From an uncultured delta proteobacterium (GTDB taxonomy: Bacteria; Myxococcota_A; UBA9160; SZUA-336): a stretch of 64,000 nucleotides of DNA. Below the pieces are notes generated by a model, which was not told where the DNA came from, ran no database searches, and worked only from the letters and a program-made list of their open reading frames with translations. The DNA is taken from contig CAVPHD010000004.1 of assembly GCA_963704165.1 (NCBI GenBank), forward strand, positions 544,001 through 608,000, given 5' to 3'. How positions within the stretch are numbered: position 1 is the stretch's first letter; every line of letters starts with the position of its first letter. This document shows, in pieces, positions 40,947-50,321 of this stretch. The translations under genes and the position numbers were made by a program.

Positions 40947-41014
40947 GGTCCGGCAGACTAGCGGGCGCGCGGGAATTCTCCCAGAATCGCGCCTTCGATC
41001 AGGAGGTCATCCCC

Positions 41015-42172
41015 TTGAAGCGAGACATCTTCAGCGACGAGCACGAGCTCTTCCGCGAGCAGTTCAAGCGCTTCGCCGTGAAGGAGCTCGAGCCGAAGAT
41101 CGCCGGCTGGAACGAGAAGGGCATGAGCGACCGGGAGAGCTGGCGGCGCATGGGCGAGGAGGGCTTCCTCGGCGCGAACGCACCCGAGGAGTTCGGCGGC
41201 GCGGGCGGCGACTTCCTCTTCAACGCGATCGTCATGGAAGAGCTCGCGTACCTGCGCGCGCACGGGTTGATGGCGTCGCTGCACACCGACATCTGCATGC
41301 CGTACATCACGGAGTTCGGGACGAAGGAGCAGAAGGAGAAGTATCTGCCCGGCACGATCGCGGGCGAGATCATCCTCGGCATCGCGATGACCGAGCCGGG
41401 AACCGGCTCCGATCTCGCGAACGTGCAGACGACGGCGATCCGCGACGGGGATTCGTACGTTCTGAACGGTTCGAAGACCTTCATCTCGAACGGCCAGATC
41501 GGCGACCTCTTCGTCGTCGTTGCGAAGACCGAGCCCGATTCGGACCCGCCGCACCGCGGCATCAGCCTGATCCTCGTCGAGGCGAGCGCGCCGGGCTTCG
41601 TGCGTGGACGAAAGCTCGACAAGCTCGGACTTCGCGGCCAGGACACCAGCGAGCTCTTCTTCCAGGACTGCCGCGTGCCGCGTTCGAGCGTGCTCGGCGG
41701 CCACGAGGGCCGAGGCTTCAAGCAGCTGATGCAGAACCTGCAGCAGGAACGGCTCTGCATCGCCGTGGCCTCGATCGCGTCGTGCCGTCGCGCGCTCGAC
41801 GACACGATGGACTACGTGAAGCAGCGCCGCGCGTTCGGCCAGCCGATCGCCGGCTTCCAGAACACGCAGTTCAAGCTGGCGGAGCTCGCCACCGAGGTCG
41901 AGGTCGGCCAGGCCTTCACCGACAGGCTGCTCGCCGCGCACGTGCGCAAGGAGAGCATCGTGACCGAGGTCTCGATGGGGAAGTGGTGGGCCACCGACCT
42001 GCAGAAGCGGCTGACGGCCGAGTGCCTGCAGCTGCACGGCGGCTACGGCTTCATGCTCGAGTACCCGATCTCGACCGACTACGCCGACGCGGCCGTCCAG
42101 TCGATCTACGCCGGAACGAACGAAATCATGAAGCGCATCATCGCGCGCAATCTCGGACTCGATCTCACCTGA
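41015..42172 (+). CDS. Long-chain acyl-CoA dehydrogenase
   Basis: [56 protein letters not shown] before TTG. Confidence 0.94.
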   Translation: MKRDIFSDEHELFREQFKRFAVKELEPKIAGWNEKGMSDRESWRRMGEEGFLGANAPEEFGGAGGDFLFNAIVMEELAYLRAHGLMASLHTDICMPYITEFGTKEQKEKYLPGTIAGEIILGIAMTEPGTGSDLANVQTTAIRDGDSYVLNGSKTFISNGQIGDLFVVVAKTEPDSDPPHRGISLILVEASAPGFVRGRKLDKLGLRGQDTSELFFQDCRVPRSSVLGGHEGRGFKQLMQNLQQERLCIAVASIASCRRALDDTMDYVKQRRAFGQPIAGFQNTQFKLAELATEVEVGQAFTDRLLAAHVRKESIVTEVSMGKWWATDLQKRLTAECLQLHGGYGFMLEYPISTDYADAAVQSIYAGTNEIMKRIIARNLGLDLT

Positions 42173-42186
42173 AGGAGACGCACTGC

Positions 42187-42861
42187 ATGCACCGATCGAT
42201 CCTGGCCGCGTTCGTCGCGGCCTTCACCCTGTTCGGATTCATCACACCGGCAATCGCCGCAGAGGAGAAACCCATGGCCGCAACGGACCCGGCGATCGCC
42301 GAAATCGACGCCCAGATCGCGAACGCGAAGATCGACAAGACCGCCGATCGCTGGAAGCAGCGCCTGCCCAAGCCCGCGATGGCGAGCTTCACGAAGGGCA
42401 AGAAGTACACCTGGGTCCTCGACACCAACAAGGGTCCGATCGAGGTTCTTCTCTTCTCGGATGCTGCGCCGATGCACGTGACGAGCACGATCTACCTGAC
42501 CAACATGGGCTTCTACGACGGCGTGATCTTCCACCGCGTGATCCCCGGTTTCATGGCGCAGGGCGGAGATCCGACCGGAACCGGAACGGGCGGCCCGGGC
42601 TACGAGTACGACGGCGAGTTCGGCGGCCCGAAGCACAGCAAGCCGGGCATCCTGTCGATGGCCAACCGCGGCCCACGCACGGATGGCAGCCAGTTCTTCC
42701 TGACCTTCGTGCCGACGCCGCACCTCGACGGCAAGCACACCGTCTTCGGTGAGGTGGCCAAGGGAATGGACACCGTGCAAGCGCTCGAGAAGGCGGGCTC
42801 GAGCAACGGACAGACCAAGGAGAAGCTCGAGATCAAGAAGGCGACGATTCGCGTCGACTAG
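42187..42861 (+). CDS. Secreted cyclophilin-type peptidyl-prolyl isomerase
   Basis: Signal peptide; [31 protein letters not shown]. Confidence 0.94.
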   Translation: MHRSILAAFVAAFTLFGFITPAIAAEEKPMAATDPAIAEIDAQIANAKIDKTADRWKQRLPKPAMASFTKGKKYTWVLDTNKGPIEVLLFSDAAPMHVTSTIYLTNMGFYDGVIFHRVIPGFMAQGGDPTGTGTGGPGYEYDGEFGGPKHSKPGILSMANRGPRTDGSQFFLTFVPTPHLDGKHTVFGEVAKGMDTVQALEKAGSSNGQTKEKLEIKKATIRVD

Positions 42862-42965
42862 ACGCGCCGCCGCTCCGCGAGTCGGAAGTCCGGGAACTTC
42901 TGCACGACGAGATCTCGCTCGCCGAGGATCTCGTCGGGCAGCCCGGGCGTCGCGAGCCGAGGCAT
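42858..42965 (-). CDS. Possible small protein (35 aa)
   Basis: [37 protein letters not shown]3-rich codons, G-rich stretch upstream. Confidence 0.35.
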   Translation of the reverse strand: MPRLATPGLPDEILGERDLVVQKFPDFRLAERRRV

Positions 42966-43069
42966 CGCATGCCCCCCGTGCCGGGTCCCGCCGCGTGGCT
43001 CGACCGATCGCCGGCCGCTCTCGAAGTCGCGAATGGAAGTCGCGCGCTCGTCTGCACTAAGCTCGACGC

Positions 43070-44275
43070 GTGTCGCGGCTCGAGAAGATCGTCGTCGTCG
43101 GAGCTTCGCTCGCGGGCCTGCGGACCGTCGAGTCGCTGCGTCAGCTCGGGTTCGGGGGAGAGATCGTGCTCGTCGGTGCCGAGAAGCACCTCCCCTACGA
43201 TCGCCCGCCGCTCTCGAAGGAGATCCTCCAGGGCCGCTGGGACACCGACCGGCTGTCGCTCCGCAAACGACCGTTCGAGGATCTGCGCGTCGATCTTCGA
43301 CTCGGGATCCGCGCGACCGCACTCGACACCCGCGCGCGCGAGGTGACGCTCGCCGACGGAGGGCGTGAGAGCTACGACGCGCTCGTGATCGCGACCGGCG
43401 CGTCCGCGCGCAGACTTCCCGGCCAGCCCGAGCTCGCGGGGCTGCATCTTCTCCGCACGCTCGACGATGCGCTCGCGCTGCGCGCCTCGCTCGAACGCTC
43501 GCCGCGCGTTCTCGTCGTCGGAGCGGGATTCATCGGCGCGGAGGTCGCGGCCTCGTGCCGCGCGCGCGGACTCGAGGTCGTCGTGATCGAGCCCTTGCCG
43601 GTACCGCTCGCGCGCGGGCTCGGCGAGCGCATGGGCCGACTCTGCGCGGATCTTCACCGCGAGAACGGTGTGGACCTGCGCTGTGGAGTCGGCGTCTCCG
43701 CCATCGAGGGCGACGGCCGCGTCGAGCGCGTCGCTCTCTCCGACGGCACGCGCGTCGCGGCCGACGTCGTCGTGGTGGGCATCGGCGTGGTACCCGAGAC
43801 GCGCTGGCTCGAGGGTTCGGGCCTGGTTCTCGACGACGGCGTGGTCTGCGACGCGTACTGTGCGGCCGGACCGCCGGGGGTCTTCGCGGCGGGCGACGTT
43901 GCGCGCTGGCAGAACCCGCTCTTCGAGGAGACGATGCGCGTCGAGCATTGGAGCAACGCGGTGGAGCAGGGCGTCTACGTCGCGGAGCGGCTCGCGGGCA
44001 GCTCGGCCGGCGTGGAGCCGTTCGCGCCCGTGCCGTTCTTCTGGTCCGAGCAGTACGGTGTGAAGATCCAGTTCGCCGGCCGGATGCACGGTGACGACAG
44101 AGTCGAGGTCGTCGCCGGCTCGCTCGAGGAGCGCAAGTTCACCGCGCTCTACGGCCGAGCGGGCCGACTCACCGGCGTGCTCTGCTTCAGCCGGCCGCGT
44201 GACCTGGCGAAGTACCGGCGGCGGATCGCCGAGAAGAGCGCGTTCGCCGACGCGGTGGCGCTCGCCTCGAGCTAG
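43070..44275 (+). CDS. Ferredoxin reductase-type NAD(P)/FAD oxidoreductase
   Basis: GASLAG, PYDRPPLSK, IATG, GAGFIGAE, AAGD, RVEHW, VPFFWSEQY. Confidence 0.93.
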   Translation: MSRLEKIVVVGASLAGLRTVESLRQLGFGGEIVLVGAEKHLPYDRPPLSKEILQGRWDTDRLSLRKRPFEDLRVDLRLGIRATALDTRAREVTLADGGRESYDALVIATGASARRLPGQPELAGLHLLRTLDDALALRASLERSPRVLVVGAGFIGAEVAASCRARGLEVVVIEPLPVPLARGLGERMGRLCADLHRENGVDLRCGVGVSAIEGDGRVERVALSDGTRVAADVVVVGIGVVPETRWLEGSGLVLDDGVVCDAYCAAGPPGVFAAGDVARWQNPLFEETMRVEHWSNAVEQGVYVAERLAGSSAGVEPFAPVPFFWSEQYGVKIQFAGRMHGDDRVEVVAGSLEERKFTALYGRAGRLTGVLCFSRPRDLAKYRRRIAEKSAFADAVALASS

Positions 44276-44709
44276 GGCGCGAGCGCGGCCGCGAAGAGCG
44301 CACGCCGTGCGCGTGGGATCGGAACGAGCTTTCCGTCGTCGTTGACCAGTGCGTGCTCGGTGACCGCGGTGGCGATGAGCGCGTCGCCACGGCGCACCGC
44401 GTAGCCGATCGCGAGCGAGACGCGCTTCAGCCAGACGAGCCAGCAGGTGACCTGGAGGCGATCGTCGTATCGCGCAGCCTGCTGGTAGCGGACCTCGAGG
44501 CCGGTCACCGCGAAGTGCAGCCCCTCGGCGACGTACTCGCGATAGGGCCGGTCGTGCTGGTCGAGATACTCGATCCGCGCGAGCTCCAGGTAGTGCACGT
44601 AGCGCGCGTGGTGGACGACGCGCATCGCGTCGGTGTCGTAGAACGGCACGCGGTAGGAGATCGTCGCGGTCTTCGCTCCGGCGGGAGCTTCGCTGGGAAG
44701 GCGTGGCAC
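44272..44709 (-). CDS. YbgC/4HBT-family acyl-CoA thioesterase
   Basis: RVPFYDTDAMRVVHHARY..YLELAR, ARYDD. Confidence 0.9.
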   Translation of the reverse strand: MPRLPSEAPAGAKTATISYRVPFYDTDAMRVVHHARYVHYLELARIEYLDQHDRPYREYVAEGLHFAVTGLEVRYQQAARYDDRLQVTCWLVWLKRVSLAIGYAVRRGDALIATAVTEHALVNDDGKLVPIPRARRALFAAALAP

Positions 44710-44759
44710 GCGCGCAGTGTTCCGGTCGCCTCGCGCGGGGTCAAGGCTATCCTCGGGCG

Positions 44760-45179
44760 ATGTCCCCGGTGGACCTGCCCTTCGCGATTCCGGAACGCGA
44801 GCTCACCTTCACGTTCGCGCGAAGCTCCGGCCCCGGCGGGCAGAATGTGAACAAGACCGAGACGAAGGCGACGCTGCGCTGGGCGGTCCGGCACAGCCCT
44901 TCGCTTCCCGACGATGTCCGCGCGCGTTTCCTTCGCGCCTACGCGAGCCGGATCACGACCGAAGGGGAGCTCGTGATCTCGTCGCAGCGCCACCGCGACC
45001 GCTCGCGGAACATCGACGACTGTCTCGAGAAGCTCGCTTCGATGTTGCGCCAGGTCGCGAAGCCGCGGGCCCGGCGCCGGCCGACGCGGCCGAGCCGGGG
45101 CGCCGTCGAGCGGCGCATCCGCGAGAAGAAGCGCCGCGCCGGGACGAAGTCCGCCCGCCGCAGACCCGCGGAGGACTAG
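44760..45179 (+). CDS. arfB: Alternative ribosome rescue factor ArfB (YaeJ)
   Basis: RSSGPGGQNVNK and basic C-terminal tail RRPTRPS...KKRR. Confidence 0.95.
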   Translation: MSPVDLPFAIPERELTFTFARSSGPGGQNVNKTETKATLRWAVRHSPSLPDDVRARFLRAYASRITTEGELVISSQRHRDRSRNIDDCLEKLASMLRQVAKPRARRRPTRPSRGAVERRIREKKRRAGTKSARRRPAED

Positions 45180-45730
45180 CTCGTCGGAGGTCCGGAGAGC
45201 TCGGGGCCGCACTCGCGGAGCAGGCCGTCGAGCGCGAAGACGTGGTCGTCGTCGGCGGGCATCTCGCGGAGCGAACGCGCCAGCTCGCGCACGTACTCGG
45301 CGTTCGATCCGCTCGGACCGCGGGCCTGCGCGATCTGGGCGGCGATCGCGTCGAGCGGTGCGGGCCCGAGGTAGTTCGGATTGGCGGGCGTGGCGATGTA
45401 GACGAGGCCCGCCGTCCCCGTTCCGTCCCCGAAGTACAGATCGACCTGGCGGCGGTCGTATCCGCCGCGTTCCCGGTGGTCGAGATCGGCGAGCACGCAC
45501 TTCACGCCGGACTCCGGCACACGATACGCGACGCCGTAGCAGCTCGACCCGACCTCGGGAAGCAACGTCACCACTCGTCCGGGCGAGCCCGGCACGCCGC
45601 GGTGATCGGTCGAGCCCTGCCAGAAGCGCCGCGTGAAGCCGCGGATCCAGGCATTGCGGCGCTCGGCGAAGGCGAACGCGGGCCGCCAGACCAGGGATCC
45701 GTATCCGAAGACCCAGAGGGCGTTGTCCAT
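45176..45730 (-). CDS. chaC: ChaC-like glutathione-specific gamma-glutamylcyclotransferase
   Basis: WVFGYGSLVW, RRFWQGSTDHRG..PGRVVTL, LDHRE, GPSGSNAEY. Confidence 0.93.
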   Translation of the reverse strand: MDNALWVFGYGSLVWRPAFAFAERRNAWIRGFTRRFWQGSTDHRGVPGSPGRVVTLLPEVGSSCYGVAYRVPESGVKCVLADLDHRERGGYDRRQVDLYFGDGTGTAGLVYIATPANPNYLGPAPLDAIAAQIAQARGPSGSNAEYVRELARSLREMPADDDHVFALDGLLRECGPELSGPPTS

Positions 45731-45786
45731 CGTTTCTGCCTGCTCCCGATACCGGCGCGCCGAGACTAGGCCAGCAAGAAGTGTCT

Positions 45787-45813
45787 TCAAGCGCCCACTC
45801 CCCAGGCCGAAAA
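45787..45813 (+). promoter_or_regulatory. Putative sigma28 promoter
   Basis: TCAA(G)-N15-GCCGAAAA upstream of the gene at 45878. Confidence 0.65.
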
Positions 45814-45877
45814 GCAATGCGACCCCCGGAGATTTCGGAACGGCGGGAAGAACCCTGTAGGGGGCGGTCGAGGGAGC

Positions 45878-47956
45878 GTGTTGCGGATCGAAGAGCTCGC
45901 ACGTCGCCTCGCCGACACACCTCGCGGTGTCGGGATCGCGCTCGTCATACTGACGCTGCTGGTCTCGCCGGGCTTCGTCCGCGTCACGGGCGATGTCTTG
46001 CCGCGCGCGCTGCCGAGCCAAGGGACGTTCGCCGGGCGCGACGTCGCGGTTCTCGAGCTCGGCTGCGCCGACGGGGTGTTCACGTCCTCGTGTCTGCGTC
46101 TCGTGACGCGCGTGACCCAAGCGCTCGAGGAGCACGGAGACCTGGTGGTGGACGCCCGCTCGCTCGCGAGCGCTCAGGTCGTGCGCGTGCGGAACTCGCA
46201 GCTGCGGGTCGAGCCGCTCGGCGCGCGCCCGCCCGCGAACGAGCCCGAGCTTCGCGCGCTGCACGCTCGCGTGCGCGGCGACGACGCGCTGGTGCAGCGA
46301 TTCGTCGCGCCCGATCGCCCCGCGACCTTCGTCTACGCGGAGCTCGCGGGCGGGCGGAAGGCGACAGAGCTTCGCGCGCTCGTCGAATCGATCCGCGCGG
46401 CCTTCGAACGCCCGCCGAAGCTCCGGGTGACGCTCGTCAGTGTAGGGTCGGGCGAGCCCGCGCAGGCCTGGCTGGAATGGCTGGCCGTCGCGTCGCTCGC
46501 GCTCGCGCTCCTGCTCGCACCGGGAGGGCTTCGCGCCGGGTTGATCGCCGGGGTCGGGGCCGTCGCGTTCGCGGGCTTCGCGCACACGCTTCTCGGCATC
46601 TTCGGCGGGGAGATCGAAGCGCGCGGTCGATTCGTTCCCGGGCTTCTCGCCGCGAGCGCGTTCTCGACGAACCTCCTGCTGATCGCTCGCTCGCGCGCCG
46701 AGCGGCTTCGCGGGTCCTCGCCGCGGACCTCGGCCGCGTCGGCACTCGCGGCGTTCGGCCCCTCACTCGCATTCGGCGCTCTCGTCTCGCTCGGCGGTCT
46801 CGCGGCCCTGCTCGCGTTCGAGCCCGAGGTACCGCTCGCCCGCGGGCTGGCGGTCGCGTCGGGACTGGCCGTGGCGCTCGTCGCGTATCCACTCGGCATC
46901 GCGCTCCTGGGCCTGATCGCCTGGCCCGCTCTGCTCAGCCACAGCGTCGGCGAATTCGCGTCGGAGGTTTCGAGGCGCGTCGAGCGCGCGTTCGTCGGCA
47001 CGCGCTCGATCGCAGCCCTCGCCGTCGTCGGCGTCGCGCTCGTCGGGGGGATGCTCGTCGCGCTCTCGCCCGATCCGGGAGCGCGGGAGCTGCGAAGCGT
47101 CGTGCTCGACTCGGGCGAGCCCGGCGGTGCTCTCGACCCGGTCTTCCTCGAACGGGTCGCGGCGTTCCAGCGCCGGGTGGAGTCGCGCCCGGAAGTCCTC
47201 TGGTCGACCTCGCTGGTCGATACGGCGCTCGCGCCGGCGAATCGCGCGCTTCACGATGGCGACGTCCTGTTCGCGACCGTACCCCTGACCCGCACCGACG
47301 TCGATCGCGCGCTCCGCCCGTGGCAACGCGAGCATCGCTCGCTTCTCGCGCGACAGATCGACCGGGAGAATCGCAGGGTCGCCGTCGACCTGCTGATCGC
47401 ACCGAGCCTCGAAGTGCCTGCGCCTGCACCCGCTCGGCCGATCGCGAGCGCGCTCCTCACCATCGGTCTGGTCGCGGTGATCGGATTCGCGCTTCTCGGC
47501 AGCGCGCGAGGCGGATGGATCTGCGCGTTGCACGCCGCAATCGTTTCGGCGGTCCTGCTCGGCTTGTCGGGCGCGCTTCCCGACGGGCTGCGCGGAGCGG
47601 GAGCCGCGTTCGCGCCGATCTCCGCCGCCATCGGCGCGGGGTTCGGCCTGCTGCTTCTCGCGTCGATCCGGGAGCGGCTCGAAGCGGGGGCCGATCTCGA
47701 GATCGCGCTCTCGCTCGCGTTGCGCGAGACGGGGCCCGCCCTTTCAAGCGCCGCCTTCGCGAGCACGGGCTGCGTCCTGCTCGTCGGAGCGGGATCGGGC
47801 ACGCCGACTGCCTTCGTCATCCTCGCGGGTCTCGGGCCGCTGCTCGCCGCGGCCTGCGTGCTGGTGGTCGCGAAGCCGCTCGTGCGCCTCGCGCGCGCGC
47901 GATTCTTCTCCGAGCGCGTTTCGCATCGCCCGGGAGTGTCGGAGCGCGAGGCCTAG
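45878..47956 (+). CDS. Divergent MMPL/RND-like membrane protein
   Basis: Two repeats of TM + soluble domain + several TMs; LDP.FLERVAAFQ, ALRETGPAL. Confidence 0.6.
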   Translation: MLRIEELARRLADTPRGVGIALVILTLLVSPGFVRVTGDVLPRALPSQGTFAGRDVAVLELGCADGVFTSSCLRLVTRVTQALEEHGDLVVDARSLASAQVVRVRNSQLRVEPLGARPPANEPELRALHARVRGDDALVQRFVAPDRPATFVYAELAGGRKATELRALVESIRAAFERPPKLRVTLVSVGSGEPAQAWLEWLAVASLALALLLAPGGLRAGLIAGVGAVAFAGFAHTLLGIFGGEIEARGRFVPGLLAASAFSTNLLLIARSRAERLRGSSPRTSAASALAAFGPSLAFGALVSLGGLAALLAFEPEVPLARGLAVASGLAVALVAYPLGIALLGLIAWPALLSHSVGEFASEVSRRVERAFVGTRSIAALAVVGVALVGGMLVALSPDPGARELRSVVLDSGEPGGALDPVFLERVAAFQRRVESRPEVLWSTSLVDTALAPANRALHDGDVLFATVPLTRTDVDRALRPWQREHRSLLARQIDRENRRVAVDLLIAPSLEVPAPAPARPIASALLTIGLVAVIGFALLGSARGGWICALHAAIVSAVLLGLSGALPDGLRGAGAAFAPISAAIGAGFGLLLLASIRERLEAGADLEIALSLALRETGPALSSAAFASTGCVLLVGAGSGTPTAFVILAGLGPLLAAACVLVVAKPLVRLARARFFSERVSHRPGVSEREA

Positions 47957-47992
47957 GTTCCGCGTCGAGGACGCTCCGACGCGATCGCCTCG

Positions 47993-49051
47993 CTAGGGGC
48001 AGACCCCTCCTTCGTCGACCAGGCCGTCGCAGTCGTCGTCGAGACCGTTGCAGACTTCCGGGCTCGGGAAGGAATTGGCGGAGCAGATCAGCGCGCCGGA
48101 GAGACAGCTCTGGGTGCCGGCGGCGCAGATTCCGGGCTGACCGGTCGAGCAGGAGCCACCGCCGCCCGGGTTGCCGTCGTCGATCGCGCCGTCGCAGTCG
48201 TCGTCGAGACCGTTGCAGACTTCCGCGGTTGGCGAGCTGTTGGCGGAGCAGATCAGCGCGCCGGACAGGCAGCTCTGGGTACCGGCGGCGCAGATTCCGG
48301 GCTGACCGGTCGAGCAGGAGCCACCGCCACCCGGGTTGCCGTCGTCGATCGCGCCGTCGCAGTCGTCGTCGAGACCGTTGCAGACTTCGAGTGCGGGCAG
48401 GAGTTCACCGGTGCATGTTCCCCAGACACTCCCGCCGGTGCAGGTTCGAGTGCCGGCCGAACAGACGCCGATACCCTGCGTACCGGGCGGCCCGGAGTAG
48501 CACGCCTCGACCTGTCCGGGAGTGCAGGTGCCGAGCAGCGCGCTCACCGGGGTACAGGTCCAGACGCCCGAGAGATAGCGGAGGATGTCTCCTTCGCTGC
48601 ACGATTGTAGAAGTGTCTCCGCGCCCTGCGCGCGGAACGCGAAGGCCTCGGACGTGATCCTCTGGCGTGGTTCGAGTGTCTCGCCCTCGACCACCACCTC
48701 GAGCCAGAGATCGTCGAGATCGAATACCGACGGATCGAGCGCGGCGACAGAGCCGAGCACGACCTGGAAGACACCGTCGATCGCGAGGACCGACGGGTGC
48801 GTCTCGACGAAGAGGGGGGTCCCGCCGGTCAGCGTCGGCAGAATCCGGAACGTCAGCGCGAAAGTTCCGTCGAGAGGCGCCCCGGCGTCGTCGAGGAGAC
48901 GCCCCTGGTAGTTGATCAGCGCCGGCGCCGCCGCCGCCGTGTGAGCCAGGGCGATGACGAGGGCGGAGGCGAAGAGGCACGCCCTTCCGATCGAGCGTGC
49001 ACGCGATGCGCGGCGATCGGCTGGACGACTCGCGCGCTGCTCCCGGACCAT
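47993..49051 (-). CDS. Secreted protein with N-terminal YQG fibre-type domain and Cys/Asp-rich ExCNGxDDDCDG repeats
   Basis: Signal peptide; INYQGRLLD..WLEV..PRQRI..FA; three EVCNGLDDDCDG motifs. Confidence 0.82.
   Translation of the reverse strand: MVREQRASRPADRRASRARSIGRACLFASALVIALAHTAAAAPALINYQGRLLDDAGAPLDGTFALTFRILPTLTGGTPLFVETHPSVLAIDGVFQVVLGSVAALDPSVFDLDDLWLEVVVEGETLEPRQRITSEAFAFRAQGAETLLQSCSEGDILRYLSGVWTCTPVSALLGTCTPGQVEACYSGPPGTQGIGVCSAGTRTCTGGSVWGTCTGELLPALEVCNGLDDDCDGAIDDGNPGGGGSCSTGQPGICAAGTQSCLSGALICSANSSPTAEVCNGLDDDCDGAIDDGNPGGGGSCSTGQPGICAAGTQSCLSGALICSANSFPSPEVCNGLDDDCDGLVDEGGVCP
48024..48388. repeat. Intragenic tandem repeat, 165-bp (55 aa) unit, about 2.2 copies
   Basis: ccgtcgcagtcgtcgtcgagaccgttgcagacttc starts at 48024, 48189 and 48354. 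Confidence 0.95.
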
Positions 49052-49210
49052 CGCATCGACCTCCTGGTGATTTCAGATCGTCCCGGCAGCGTGATCCTCC
49101 ACCCCCAGAGGAGGCGAAGTCAATCTCCGCGGACTCCGCGCTCGATGCCGGTTCCGAGAGCGGGGCGTCCGAGTGAGAGGGATTGCGCGAGAATCGCGCG
49201 AGGGCGCAAA

Positions 49211-49879
49211 ATGGCGGCGGAGGTTCACACCTTGGTGTCGCGACGTTGGACCGGGATGGCGCTTGCCGTCGCGCTTTGGGCGATCGCTCTGCCGGCAAGC
49301 TCGGTCGAACTTTCGAGCGCGAGCTACCGGATCTTGGGCTCGAGCCTGAGCGGTGGAAGCGATGTGGCCATGACCAGCACCGCACCGAGTCCCCGGATCG
49401 GCGCGCTCGGCGGCTCGATCGGGCAGTCCGAGGCGCTCGGGTTCTCCGGCAGCCTGCTGACCTTGCGCACGATCGCGCCCGGTTTCTGGCCGATCCTCGG
49501 GGGCGGCTTCCCGACGCTCGACGTCGATGCCGACGCGATCGCGGCCTACCGTGACAACTGCCCGTTCAGCTACAACCCCGCGCAGACCGACGGCGGCGGC
49601 ATCCTGACCGCGTCCGCGGACGGGATCGGGGACGCGTGCCAGTGCGCGGACGTGGACGACAACGGAGTCGTCGACGATCTCGACATCGAGGCGTATCGCG
49701 AGGCGCTCGCGGACCCGATCGCTCTGGGGCTGACACCCGCCGGCGTCGCGAAGTGCTCGGTGATCGACAGCTCCGGGCCTTGCGAGGTGCTCGACGTCGC
49801 CGTGATCGTCCGCGCGCTCGAGCCGACGCCGCTCCTGCCGGGAATCGATCAGGTCTGCACCGCCGCCAGCCCGCCGTAG
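49211..49879 (+). CDS. Secreted protein with GxIGQ...GFW domain, thrombospondin type-3-like and dockerin-like Ca-binding motifs
   Basis: Signal peptide; SASYRI..SGG..GSIGQ..PGFW; DNCPFSYNPAQTD..DGIGDAC; DVDDNGVVDDLD. Confidence 0.78.
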   Translation: MAAEVHTLVSRRWTGMALAVALWAIALPASSVELSSASYRILGSSLSGGSDVAMTSTAPSPRIGALGGSIGQSEALGFSGSLLTLRTIAPGFWPILGGGFPTLDVDADAIAAYRDNCPFSYNPAQTDGGGILTASADGIGDACQCADVDDNGVVDDLDIEAYREALADPIALGLTPAGVAKCSVIDSSGPCEVLDVAVIVRALEPTPLLPGIDQVCTAASPP

Positions 49880-50244
49880 CCCTGGATGCGGATCTCGAGA
49901 TACGCGCGCTTGCCGTAGCGGCCCGAGATTCGCGAGAACAGGTCGAGCAGGCGCATCTGCCAGCCGTACTTCGCGAGCAGGAGTTCGTTGGCGCGCGCGA
50001 TCTCTGCCTTCGAGTCGACGATTCTCGCCTGCGCGTCGTGCCACGGGCCGTGGAGCTTTCCGCGCGCATCGCACGCCGCCACGCGCGCCCGAGGCGAGTT
50101 CCGCAGGCGCTTCACCTTCCCCGAGTCCCCGGCGGTGAAGACCCAGAGGCTCGTTCCGTCGGCGGCGAACCAGACCGGCGTTTCGACCGCGCGCCCATCG
50201 CGGCGGAAGGTCGCAAGACTGAGGTAGCTCTCGCCCTCGAGCAC
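49849..50244 (-). CDS. PPOX-class F420-dependent oxidoreductase (Rv2061-like)
   Basis: YLSLATFRRDG..TPVW, SGKVKRLRN.PR, CDARG, KYG. Confidence 0.88.
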   Translation of the reverse strand: MLEGESYLSLATFRRDGRAVETPVWFAADGTSLWVFTAGDSGKVKRLRNSPRARVAACDARGKLHGPWHDAQARIVDSKAEIARANELLLAKYGWQMRLLDLFSRISGRYGKRAYLEIRIQGYGGLAAVQT

Positions 50245-50321
50245 GGCGCCGAGTCTAGGACAGAGCGGCGGGGCGCGCGCGCGGTCGTGCGTTATTCTCG
50301 CGCGCCGTCCGGGAGGAGCGC

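Noticed and set aside
19575..45179. Repeated CTAG overlapping stops of convergent genes (19575, 24624, 44272, 45176)
   Set aside because: A common consequence of compact gene packing; not insertion target sites, and no IS ends were seen.
48024..48388. Regularly spaced 35-bp identical segments resembling a CRISPR array
   Set aside because: The intervening sequences are also near-identical, the period is 165 bp (in frame), they lie inside a CDS, and no cas genes are present.
49120..49148. TCAA...CTCGATG as a sigma28 promoter for the secreted protein at 49211
   Set aside because: The -10 match and spacing are too poor.
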